Positions 1 through 8,611 of a stretch of 64,000 nucleotides of DNA are shown here, one piece after another. The notes below the pieces were generated by a model, which ran no database searches, was not told the origin of the DNA, and saw nothing but the letters and a program-made list of their open reading frames with translations. The DNA is from Acidobacteriota bacterium (GTDB lineage Bacteria; Acidobacteriota; UBA890; WLXD01): positions 1,248,001 to 1,312,000 of the forward strand of contig CBDBHB010000008.1 of assembly GCA_965205505.1 (NCBI GenBank), read 5' to 3'. Position numbers and translations under genes: made by a program. Every line of letters starts with the position of its first letter. Position 1 is the first letter of the stretch.

Positions 1-274
1 GCTCCTGATCATAAGTACGGTGACGTTTGCAGGAGCGAGATGCGGGCGAGATCAAGGAAGGGTGAGGAAGGCGATGCCTTAGCCATCCTCGACGAGCCCT
101 GACGCCGAGATCGCCCGCATATCGCTCCTGCCCTCCGGGTGGCCGCGGGACCGGCCACCTTGGGCGTCGCGGCGCCTCGACGATACACCCAGCATCGCCC
201 TCGTCGCCGCTCCTACAATTCGCCCCGCTCGCGCGCGCCACAAACGTCACCGTACTTATGATCAGGAGCACTAG
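1..274. repeat. MITE-like element, family B (left end cut by window edge)
   Basis: 1-29 gctcctgatcataagtacggtgacgtttg is the reverse complement of 241-269; element ends in CTAG (271-274), which is also the stop of the permease. Confidence 0.8.
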
Positions 275-1767
275 GGGCGCAGTCCACGTGGCACGACCAA
301 CCGTTCCATGAGATCGAACGCGCCCTGCACGAGCAACGCGAGCACCGCCGCCGGTATTGCCCCTTCGAGAATGAGCGACGTGTCGTTGAGCCGTATGCCG
401 GCAAGAATCGGTTGACCGTAGCCGCCGGCACCGATCAGCGCGCCGAGGGTCGCGGTGCCGACGTTGATCACCGCGGCGGTCTTTATCCCGGCAAGTATCG
501 GTCGCGACGCGAGGGGTAGCTCGACCCGCCACAGGCGTGCACGACGAGGTAGCCCGAGGGCGTCGGCCGACTCGAGCAGGCCCTGCGGAATCGACGTCAG
601 CCCGGTGGCGGTGTTGCGCACGATCGGCAGCAGACTGTAGAGGAACAGCGCCACGATGGCAGGCGGGGCACCGATACCGAGCGGAGGTATCAAGAACACG
701 AGCAAAGCCAACGAAGGGATCGTCTGCAGGATCCCGGTGGCGCTGAGGACGAACCGACCCAGCCGCGGCCGACGCGACGCGAGCGTCCCGAGAGGCAACG
801 CCACCAGGATCGCGGCAGTGAGCGAGACAATCACCAAGCCGAGGTGATCCAGAGTGTTGTCCCAAAGCCGATCTCCGAAGCCAGAGGCGACGCGATCGGC
901 GGTGACCCCGAGTTGGCGCCGCAAAAAGCCCATGGCAACGTCGGTCTCGGGTTGGCGCTCGATCTGCGACGCCGCGTTCATTTCGATCATCGAGGCGGTA
1001 TCGATGCTGCCCTGCAACCGCTCGATTGCACCGACCAGAGCCGGCGACGACTCGAGCTCCGCCCGATAGAGGATGACGGCGCGGTAGTCGGGAAAGTAGT
1101 CGCGGTCGTCGGTCAGGATGCGCAGGTCGTAATGGCGAATCTCGGCGTCGGTGGAGTACAGGTCGGTCACCTCGAGCTCTCCAGCTTCGAGGGCGCGATA
1201 GGCAAGATCGTGGTTGAGGCCGCGCACGTTGCGGTGCGGAAGGGAATAGCGCGCGCGCAGGCCGGGCCAAGCGTCCTGCCGCTGCATGAACCCTTCCGAG
1301 AATCCGAGCTGTAGCTCCGGGTGGCTTGCCAGGTCGCTGATGGTCTCGATACCCAGCGAATCGGCCACCTGCCGCGACATGCCGATCGCGTACGTGTTTG
1401 CGAATCCCAACGGAGCGCTGATCCGCAGTCCCTCGGCGGTTACCGCTTCGCGGAGCGCGGCGAGGTCGGTCGACACCCGGCCGCCGAAGATCTCCTCGCC
1501 GAGCGTGCCCGTGTACTCAACATAGGCGTCGATCTCGTCAGCCAGTAGGGCGCTCCAAAGCACACGGCTACCGCCGAGCTGACGACGGTGTTCGACCCGC
1601 GCCCCGGTAGACACGAACACCCCCGCCATGACCTCACCCAGGATGACGCTCTCGGTGAAGGCCTTCGAGCCTACGACCACCGGAGCCGCAGCTGCCGAAT
1701 CGCCACTCGCGCACGCCGAGCTCAACAACATCAACGTGAGCGCGCCGCGACCGAATCTGGCGCTCAT
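271..1767 (-). CDS. Fused substrate-binding/permease subunit of glycine betaine/osmoprotectant ABC transporter
   Basis: Signal/lipobox-like N-terminus, VGSKAFTES and YVEYTGT OpuBC/OsmF-type motifs, C-terminal permease with QTIPSLALL and EAA-like ESADALG. Confidence 0.9.
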   Translation of the reverse strand: MSARFGRGALTLMLLSSACASGDSAAAAPVVVGSKAFTESVILGEVMAGVFVSTGARVEHRRQLGGSRVLWSALLADEIDAYVEYTGTLGEEIFGGRVSTDLAALREAVTAEGLRISAPLGFANTYAIGMSRQVADSLGIETISDLASHPELQLGFSEGFMQRQDAWPGLRARYSLPHRNVRGLNHDLAYRALEAGELEVTDLYSTDAEIRHYDLRILTDDRDYFPDYRAVILYRAELESSPALVGAIERLQGSIDTASMIEMNAASQIERQPETDVAMGFLRRQLGVTADRVASGFGDRLWDNTLDHLGLVIVSLTAAILVALPLGTLASRRPRLGRFVLSATGILQTIPSLALLVFLIPPLGIGAPPAIVALFLYSLLPIVRNTATGLTSIPQGLLESADALGLPRRARLWRVELPLASRPILAGIKTAAVINVGTATLGALIGAGGYGQPILAGIRLNDTSLILEGAIPAAVLALLVQGAFDLMERLVVPRGLRP

Positions 1768-2510
1768 ACACAGTCCTCGACGCTCTGAAGATACCGTTGG
1801 GCGCGCACGAACTGTCGTACGAAGTCGTTTGCCGGGGCCGACATGAGGTCGCTTCCGGCGGCCACCTGCTCGATCTGCCCGGCTCGCATCAAGACGATGC
1901 TGTCGGCAAGGTAGACAGCCTCCGCGAGATCGTGGGTTACCAGCACGACCGTAGTCTCGAGACGACGAAAGATGGCGCGTAGATCCTCTTGTAGGTCTGA
2001 GCGAATCATCGGATCGAGCGACGCCATGGGCTCGTCGAGCAGTAGCACTTCGGGCTCCAGCATGAGCGCCCGCATGAGCGAGATGCGTTGCGCCTGACCG
2101 CCCGAGAGCTCGGCGGGGAAGCGCTCGAGCAGCCCCGGCCTCAAACGAGTGAGCTGTGCCAACTCGTCCAGCCGCTGGTCAATGCGCGCCGACTCCCACC
2201 CGAGGAAGCGGGCCATCAGCGTGATGTTCTCCGCTGCGGTCAGGTGCGGGAACAGGCCGCCGTCCTGGATCACGTAGCCCATCCGACGTCGCAGAGCCTG
2301 CACATTCGACGCGGTCATGCGCTCGCCGTCGAAATAGACCTCACCGGTATCGGGGAACAGGAGCCCGTTCAACAACCGCAGCAAGGTTGACTTGCCGCAC
2401 CCACTGGGTCCGATGAGCGCCGTGATCTGGCCCTGCGGTAATCTCAGCTCAGTTGCGTGCAGCGCGACGGTGCCACCAAAACGCTTGCTTGCGCCCTTCA
2501 GTTCCAGCAT
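1764..2510 (-). CDS. Osmoprotectant ABC transporter ATP-binding protein
   Basis: Walker A GPSGCGKS, LSGGQ signature, LLLDEP, VTHD; 4-bp overlap with permease. Confidence 0.92.
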   Translation of the reverse strand: MLELKGASKRFGGTVALHATELRLPQGQITALIGPSGCGKSTLLRLLNGLLFPDTGEVYFDGERMTASNVQALRRRMGYVIQDGGLFPHLTAAENITLMARFLGWESARIDQRLDELAQLTRLRPGLLERFPAELSGGQAQRISLMRALMLEPEVLLLDEPMASLDPMIRSDLQEDLRAIFRRLETTVVLVTHDLAEAVYLADSIVLMRAGQIEQVAAGSDLMSAPANDFVRQFVRAQRYLQSVEDCV

Positions 2511-2527
2511 CCTCCAGACTCACTAGA

Positions 2528-2662
2528 TCAGTCGTCGCGCACCCAATCGAAACTCGTACAGCATGCGACACAGTAGTACTGCGCCACCATCATGTGGCAA
2601 CCGTAGATCGAGACCGGCTCGGTATCCGCGCTGCCGCAAAAGACACATGCCACCGTCGGCAT
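2528..2662 (-). CDS. Small PaaD-like zinc-ribbon protein
   Basis: MPTVACVFCGSADTE...YGC...QYYCVACCTSFDWVR resembles the C-terminal CxxC...CxxC ribbon of PaaD; adjacent to a PaaA-like gene. Confidence 0.6.
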   Translation of the reverse strand: MPTVACVFCGSADTEPVSIYGCHMMVAQYYCVACCTSFDWVRDD

Positions 2663-2745
2663 GGCGGCGCGCGGAACTACCGGCTGGCGGCGGCGTCCGC
2701 TCCTGTTCGGCAACCCGATCAACCTGCCGCTGCGGCCTGCGCCCA

Positions 2746-3267
2746 TTAGTCGGCGATGCCCACTGAACGCGCGTGAGCTCCAGTGATCCTGGCGAAAGAC
2801 TCCGGGTCGAAGGCCGGGACCCCGACGCGCCGGGTGCTCTGATTCCAGCTACTCCAGTCGACCTGGCAATCGACCACCCAGGCGCCGTTCTTGGCAACAC
2901 AAACCTCTACCCACGAATCGAGCGGCACGTCGAGGGCGTACGGGTAACGGAATTCGTGCGGCCGACGCTCGTACATCAGCCAGTCGCGATCGACGCCCAG
3001 CTCCTCGAGCACCCGGTAGGCGATGTGCGCGTGGGCGAGCTCATCCTGGATGATCGCCATCGCCGAGATCATGCTGTTGACCGACGGCGCCTTGCGAGCC
3101 GCGTAGTAGTAGGCGGGCGCGCTCAGCAGCTCTGTATCGCCCGACACGGTGACAATGTGGCGCAGCTCGCGCTGGTACTCCTCGGTCATCTCACTGACCG
3201 ACTCGATCAGGCCGCCTTCCTGAACCGTCTGTCGAAGAAGCGCATCGGCGCGCGTGCTCAAAGACAT
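2746..3267 (-). pseudogene. Ring-CoA epoxidase (PaaA/PaaC-like, ferritin-like di-iron) fragment, apparently internally deleted
   Basis: GDTE and QDELAHAH (first ExxH ligand set) present; second ExxH absent; only 173 aa. Confidence 0.6.
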
Positions 3268-3313
3268 CTCCGGCCGAGGGTATGGGGTAGCCGAGGAAGC
3301 GCTGAAATAGCCC

Positions 3314-3591
3314 CTAGTGGCCTGTAACAGATGATCGTTGCATATCGCAGATGGGATTTACGGGTGAGATCAAGGCGCGGCGAGGAAGGCGATGCAATGG
3401 GCATCGTCGACGAGGCGCAACGCCGATATCGCCCGCAACTGCCCATCTGTCCGCAGGATGGCGGCGAAATCGGCCCGTCTGCGGCGTTGCTCCTCCTCCA
3501 AGATGGGCAAACATCGTCTCGTCGTCGCGCCTGGCATCCGGACCCATTTCGCCACCACGATATGCAACGATCATCTGTTACAAGCCCCTAG
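3314..3591. repeat. MITE-like element, family A
   Basis: Terminal inverted repeats ctagtggcctgtaacagatgatcgttgcatatcg / cgatatgcaacgatcatctgttacaagcccctag; related copies at 18762, 36672, 62065. Confidence 0.88.
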
Positions 3592-3686
3592 AACCTACCT
3601 TAGAGGGCACCGCAGAGGCGGGCAAGCTGTATGGGGGCCACGGCGATACGCCACCGGCCGCGTGGTCCTGCCGAGCTAGCCGCGCC

Positions 3687-3905
3687 TCAGCGAGCCGCCT
3701 TGTGACGCGTTGGCGACGGTCCCGTTGCTCCCTGACGCAGACGCTCTTCGAGCCGCATCCCGCACGTTTCGCAGACGAGGCAATGCGCCAGAATAGCCAC
3801 TGCGTGGCCACTGGCCAACGTCCCGCGCACGTAGTGTCGGAGCTCGATCTCGGCCGGGTGTATTTCGCTCCTGGCAGTGCCGGGGCTGCCTCGGGTGCTC
3901 GTCAA
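3687..3905 (-). CDS. Stand-alone zf-HC2 (ZAS-like) microprotein 2
   Basis: HPAEIELRHYVRGTL...HCLVCETC (H...HxxxCxxC); TTGA overlap with upstream ORF. Confidence 0.7.
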   Translation of the reverse strand: MTSTRGSPGTARSEIHPAEIELRHYVRGTLASGHAVAILAHCLVCETCGMRLEERLRQGATGPSPTRHKAAR

Positions 3906-4126
3906 TGCGTCGCTCTTGAAATTGCGTACGCCTCACCAAGACCAAGACGGACGCTAGACCCGCCCTGGCCAGCGGCCGCTCGCAACCACAAGAGCCCACG
4001 AGCCTGATTGCCGCAGGTGTCGCAAACGAGGCAGTGGCAATGCAATCGGTGCGCTTCATCAGGGGCGAGCGCCCCGTTGACAAAGTCCACGATCTCCAAT
4101 GCATCGGGATGGATCGTGCGATTCAT
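3902..4126 (-). CDS. Stand-alone zf-HC2 (ZAS-like) microprotein 1
   Basis: HPDALEIVDFVNGAL...HCLVCDTC; colinear with the N-terminus of the 5307-6152 anti-sigma. Confidence 0.75.
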   Translation of the reverse strand: MNRTIHPDALEIVDFVNGALAPDEAHRLHCHCLVCDTCGNQARGLLWLRAAAGQGGSSVRLGLGEAYAISRATH

Positions 4127-4159
4127 TGATGATGCCCTGTCGATCCAGGAGCTCGTTCA

Positions 4160-4855
4160 CTACGCTGTCTCGGACCCGGGATCGCGTGCGAAGCCGAACG
4201 GCGACTCCGCACGCGAGTGGGTCCCCATGCGCCGTGCCCTATGGCCGGTCCAGCGCAGCGTCGGTCGTGAGCATCGCTGAGCTAGCGCCCGGGGGGTCAT
4301 CGCAGAGCGAGCCCATGTGTGCACGACGGCCTGATCGGCGATGTTCAATACACCGCTCCAAGCGGCAATGCCGCGGGTCACCGGATCGATGCCCAGGGTG
4401 CTCGGGTACCCGGACAACCCGAGGAGCGGCAGCACCGCCGGATCGACCAGCCGCACCGGCAGGTCGAGCTCGTGCATTGCGAGGAAGTCCCGCGTCTCGC
4501 GGGCCGCGCTGACCGACAGCACATAGATCTCCGGCGCTCGCGGACCGAGCTCGTCGATCCGTGCTGCCAGGCTCCGCCATTCCGACATGTTCTGCTCGCA
4601 GAACGGGCAGGTCGTGCTCAGCACGAACAGCATCAGCGGCGCCTCGCGGCCGCTTACCTGGAGCACCGCATCGACCCCGCCGAGCGTCCGGGCGGGAATG
4701 TCGACCGGCGCGGTAACCGGACCCGCGCTGCCCGACGACTCCGCATGCGTCACGTAGTTGTGCTGCACCAGCTGGCCTAGCCAGGCGGTCCCGGCAATCA
4801 GCGCCAGGATGGTGGTCACCTCAGCGATCTTGGCGAGTCGGGGCATCGACGTCAT
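4160..4855 (-). CDS. Membrane-anchored thioredoxin-fold protein (TlpA/ResA-like, CPFC)
   Basis: N-terminal TM helix, LFVLSTTCPFC active site, GYPST cis-Pro loop; starts 3 bp after the peptide stop. Confidence 0.75.
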   Translation of the reverse strand: MTSMPRLAKIAEVTTILALIAGTAWLGQLVQHNYVTHAESSGSAGPVTAPVDIPARTLGGVDAVLQVSGREAPLMLFVLSTTCPFCEQNMSEWRSLAARIDELGPRAPEIYVLSVSAARETRDFLAMHELDLPVRLVDPAVLPLLGLSGYPSTLGIDPVTRGIAAWSGVLNIADQAVVHTWARSAMTPRALAQRCSRPTLRWTGHRARRMGTHSRAESPFGFARDPGSETA

Positions 4856-4858
4856 CTC

Positions 4859-5086
4859 CTAGAGCAATGCGCAGGTGCTCGAGCCGCCGCCGCCCTCCTC
4901 ACATCTCCAAAAGCACTTGCAGCCCCATTGGTGGTACACGGCGCAATCCTCACAGTTGGCAGCGCACTCGTCGGCACATGGGCCATGCAGGGCCTCGGCT
5001 TGCGAGGCCTGAAACGACAGGCCGAACGTCAAGAGAATGGCCCAGCTAATGAGCAGGACCTTTTTCCAGTTGATCGAACGTTGTAC
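4859..5086 (-). CDS. Small secreted cysteine-rich peptide (8 Cys)
   Basis: Sec-type signal KKVLLISWAILLTFGLSFQASQAEA then LHGPCADECAANCEDCAVYHQWGCKCFWRCEEGGGGSSTCALL; strong RBS AAAGGAGG 6 nt before an in-frame GTA at 5086 (ORF track starts at TTG 5128). Confidence 0.75.
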   Translation of the reverse strand, partial: VQRSINWKKVLLISWAILLTFGLSFQASQAEALHGPCADECAANCEDCAVYHQWGCKCFWRCEEGGGGSSTCALL

Positions 5087-5130
5087 GGTGTTCCTCCTTT
5101 GCCAGGTGGCGGGTACCTGCTCAGACAAGG

Positions 5131-5147
5131 AGCAAGGCGAATGCCGA
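5131..5147 (-). promoter_or_regulatory. Putative sigma54 (-24/-12) promoter for the peptide operon
   Basis: Minus strand TCGGCATTCGCCTTGCT = GG-N10-GC with TTGC, about 30 nt upstream of the RBS; a sigma54 activator is encoded 1.8 kb away. Confidence 0.7.
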
Positions 5148-5306
5148 ACCGCGCCACGGCCGGGCAGGAGGAGACAAACCCCGACTTACAAACAACTTAC
5201 GGAAAGGTCTCGGGCCGCTGGCCGGCTCCGCCTCAACCGTGAAATAAGGGCGGGCGGCTATCCAGCGTGGCTCAGGCGCTGGCCGGCGGGCAGCCGGCCG
5301 GGGCGG

Positions 5307-6152
5307 CTAATGCAGCTCGAGTAGAAGCTGTTTGACAGCTTCCTGCAGTCGATCCGGATCGGATCCCGGATCCGGCACGATTCGGCGAAGCAACTCGCGC
5401 GCCGTGTGGTCATGGCCAGCCTGCAGGTAGAGTCGCGCTAGGTAGTAGGCGGCCGCGTGCCCGTTGGAACTATCGGTGAGCTCGAGATCGTCCAGTACCG
5501 TCACATGAGCCTCCAGCGCCTGACGTGCCGCCGGTAGGTCGCTCCCGTCGAAGAACAACGCCAAGCCGAGCAGAGGCGTTCCGAGGGGATGATAGGAGCT
5601 GGCGAACCCACCCAGGGCTCGCGCCGCGTCGCCGTACTCACCATCGGCCAGGGCACGAACGCCCGCCTGCAGGGCAGTGATCACCTCCGCAGCGCCTACG
5701 TTGACATTCGTAGCGGGATTCTCAGCGCCGACGATCATGCTGCCGAGATCGGCGACCTTCTCGATGATGCCAATGTCGGCCAGCGTAATCTCGGTGAAGA
5801 CTCGCACGCCAGTTGGCGAACCACTCGCTCCGTCCGGCGACGCGGCCACTATCGCCTCGACATCGATCGGGCCCCGCGTCGCCGGTGCAGCGCCGCGCCC
5901 CGCAACCCAGGCCGCCGCGCCGACAAGCACGATCACCGCCGCGGCGGCGGCGGCGATCGATCGACGAGCGTACCAGGGTACGGACGATCGCAGCGGAGCG
6001 GCGCCGCGTAGGAGAATGATGGCGGCCAACTGATCGCCGCAATCGCGGCAGGCGAAGCAATGTTTCCGCACTTCCTCGGCGCGCTCTTCGCTCAGACAAC
6101 CACGAACGTAGGTCACCATGTCCAGCGGATCCGCGTGCACAACCAACGTCAT
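5307..6152 (-). CDS. Membrane-spanning zinc-binding anti-sigma factor (zf-HC2 + TM + TPR-like extracytoplasmic region)
   Basis: H...HCFACRDC motif, hydrophobic segment IAAAAAAVIVLVGAAAWVAG, TPR-like AAYYLARLYLQAG; ATGA overlap with ECF gene. Confidence 0.8.
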   Translation of the reverse strand: MTLVVHADPLDMVTYVRGCLSEERAEEVRKHCFACRDCGDQLAAIILLRGAAPLRSSVPWYARRSIAAAAAAVIVLVGAAAWVAGRGAAPATRGPIDVEAIVAASPDGASGSPTGVRVFTEITLADIGIIEKVADLGSMIVGAENPATNVNVGAAEVITALQAGVRALADGEYGDAARALGGFASSYHPLGTPLLGLALFFDGSDLPAARQALEAHVTVLDDLELTDSSNGHAAAYYLARLYLQAGHDHTARELLRRIVPDPGSDPDRLQEAVKQLLLELH

Positions 6153-6709
6153 ATCTCCCAGTCCTCGCCGGATTCCGATTCCATGCGACGCCCGACCTGC
6201 AGCAATGCTGCTTGTAGCCGACTGTGCACCGTGCTGATCGGAGCTGCTTGGATCGCCGCTACCTCGCCCAGCTTCATCGGCGGGTCACGCAATACCAACA
6301 ACTCGAGCACCTCGCGGTGAACCGGCGCCAGGTCGCCTATCAGTCGCAGCGCCACCTCGACAAGATGCCGCCGGGTGCGAGATTTCTCCTCACGGAGCAA
6401 CATGCGCAATGGATCGGAGGAGATTTCCTCGCCCGGCACCGGCGGCGGTACTTCGTCGAGCGGTAGCAGCCGCCGCCGTTGCTGGAACATCTGCAGAGCC
6501 GCCGTACGAACCGCAGTAAGCACGTAGTTGTGCGCGTCTTGTTCGCTGCCGAACTTCGGCCGCGCGCGAACCGTGCGAGCTACGGCTTCCTGAACTACCT
6601 CCTCGGCGTCCGTCACATTACCCATGAGGGACAACGCGTACCCTCTCCAACGCTGAAACCGGGAGAACCACGCTTTTTCGATGTAGCCGTAGGAAGCTGG
6701 TTGAGACAC
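6149..6709 (-). CDS. ECF RNA polymerase sigma factor
   Basis: Region 2 DAEEVVQEA and region 4 EVAAIQAAPISTVHSRL; likely GTG start at 6709 after AGGAGG. Confidence 0.85.
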   Translation of the reverse strand: MSQPASYGYIEKAWFSRFQRWRGYALSLMGNVTDAEEVVQEAVARTVRARPKFGSEQDAHNYVLTAVRTAALQMFQQRRRLLPLDEVPPPVPGEEISSDPLRMLLREEKSRTRRHLVEVALRLIGDLAPVHREVLELLVLRDPPMKLGEVAAIQAAPISTVHSRLQAALLQVGRRMESESGEDWEI

Positions 6710-6924
6710 AGGCTTGCAATCCTCCTGGCACTCGCCGGCACCGGCAAGGTGACCATCCTGGTATGGCAGTCGCAACGGCGTCAATGGGTGAGTCGGAAAA
6801 CCGCGGACGCTCGAGGGCCGTTGCAAAAAACTTCCACAACTACGGGACCCGACAGCGGTACACCTGGTGATTCGACGGGCTCCGCCAGGTACGATCCGTA
6901 CGGGGGCAGAACTTCGGACGGCTA

Positions 6925-7932
6925 GTGCGACGTACCACAGGTCACCCTCGGCCGGCTCGGCGCAGCGACATTCGCTTGCTCGGTGGCAGCGATACGATGT
7001 GTCAGGTCCGCGATCAAATCGAGGTCGCTGCCCGATATACGGAGCCGGCGCTCGTGCTTGGTGAGACGGGCGTTGGCAAGGAGCTGGTGGCGCGGCAAAT
7101 TCACAGTCACAGCTCGAGATCGCGTGCCCAGCTCGAGATCGTGAATTGCGCCGGGCTAAGCCCGGATTTACTCGCCTCTGAGCTGTTCGGTCACCGCCGG
7201 GGCGCCTTCACCGGCGCGGATCACGACCGCGCCGGCCGCATCAGGGCCGCCGATGGCTCGACCCTGATCCTGGATGAAATCAGCGAAGCGCCCCGGTCGC
7301 TCCAGGCCACCGTGTTGCGTGCGGTGGAATACGGCGAGGTCCAGCCAGTCGGATCCGATTCCGTCTTCCAAGTCGACGTACGATTCGTGGCCACCAGCAA
7401 CAAGACACTGCACGAGCTCAGCCAGGGCAGCGCTTTCCGCATCGACTTGTTGCACCGTCTCGCTGCCTTCGTCATCCGCATCCCGCCGTTGGCCGAACGA
7501 CTGGAGGACCTGGAAGAGATCGCAACCGCGTACCTCGCAACGCTCGCCGCTCAGTATGGGTGCTTACGCCACCTAAGCCCCGGACGGCTAGCACTTCTTG
7601 GCGACCAGGCCTTTCCCGGAAACGTACGCGAGCTACGCCAGATCCTTCTCCGCGCCTATGCAGCTTCGCGCGATGAGGTCATCGCCCCCGCCGCGGTCGC
7701 GGCGGCGATCTTGCCCATTGACCGGCAGCCGACCGCCGCCATGTCCGACACCACACCGACTTCGCTCGCACTCGAGCAGGTGGTACGGCGACATATCCGC
7801 CAGGCGATCGCTATGGCGGACGGCAACCTGAGCCAGGCCGCGCGCTTGCTCGAGATTCCGCGCAGCACGCTGCAGCACTACCTGATCAAGTACCGGATAC
7901 AACCGCCAGCTCGCGGACGCGCCGCCCGCTAG
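6925..7932 (+). CDS. Sigma54-dependent activator (bEBP) lacking an N-terminal sensory domain
   Basis: GETGVGKE, ELFGHRRGAFTGA, LILDEI, FPGNVREL, C-terminal Fis HTH GNLSQAARLLEIPRSTL; only about 20 aa precede the AAA+ domain. Confidence 0.92.
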   Translation: MRRTTGHPRPARRSDIRLLGGSDTMCQVRDQIEVAARYTEPALVLGETGVGKELVARQIHSHSSRSRAQLEIVNCAGLSPDLLASELFGHRRGAFTGADHDRAGRIRAADGSTLILDEISEAPRSLQATVLRAVEYGEVQPVGSDSVFQVDVRFVATSNKTLHELSQGSAFRIDLLHRLAAFVIRIPPLAERLEDLEEIATAYLATLAAQYGCLRHLSPGRLALLGDQAFPGNVRELRQILLRAYAASRDEVIAPAAVAAAILPIDRQPTAAMSDTTPTSLALEQVVRRHIRQAIAMADGNLSQAARLLEIPRSTLQHYLIKYRIQPPARGRAAR

Positions 7933-8104
7933 CAGGCCGGGTGGAAGTGCGGCGGGCCAGGGGCGTTCGCCTCGCCGGCGAAGGGATCCATCAAGAGGAT
8001 CTCGGAAAAACCGCAGCACCGAGCTTCCTCCTAGCGAGAACCGTTTCTTACACGGGTGGTCCTCTGTCGAGCGAAGCATCCAAACTGCAACGAGCGGAGC
8101 AATC

Positions 8105-8600
8105 ATGCAGGCCTCGTCAGAGGGTGTACGACCGTCGGGACGCGAGGTGGCAGAGCTTGCGCGTGCACATATAGAGTGCCACTACGCATCGGCTGTCGGA
8201 TGTGGCACCACCAGCATCGCGACGCTACTGGGAGTCTCCTCATCGCTGCTGTGTCACCGATATCGCGCTACCTACGGGGTGACGATCGGTCAGCACGTCC
8301 GTAGGCTGCGCATCGGCAAGGCGCGTAGGCGAGCTCAGCTCGCGACCCCGTCAGCTGATCAAGGAAGTCGCAGCAGACGTGGGCTACTGTCGGCAGTCAT
8401 ACCGCACATTCCTCAACGCCTTCCGGGCCGAAACCGGTATGCCACCGAGCCGTTACCAGCGCCAGGTGCTCGCCCCGATTCAGGCCACACCGATCAAGGT
8501 AAAGGTGCCGCACCGGCGCCCGGATCAAGCTCGCCGTCGCAAGTCTGATGCGCTGCCCCAGACAGGCACCGACGTCTCGGTTCAGGCAGGAACGACCTGA
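8105..8600 (+). pseudogene. AraC-family HTH-only regulator, frameshift near 8330
   Basis: IATLLGVSSSLLCHRY...YGVTIGQHVRRLRIGKAR continues in another frame as QLIKEVAADVGY..SYRTFLNAFRAETGMPPSRY. Confidence 0.75.
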
Positions 8601-8611
8601 CGGAAGGCCCG

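Noticed and set aside
3258-3679. Recurring ORFs such as MIVAYR... and ...RYATIICYRPL (also at 18.7, 36.7 and 62 kb)
   Set aside because: Translations of the MITE repeats, not a gene family
6703-6719. Second sigma54 promoter (gAGacacaggcttGCaa) for the bEBP
   Set aside because: Has AG rather than the invariant GG at -24 and overlaps the ECF start
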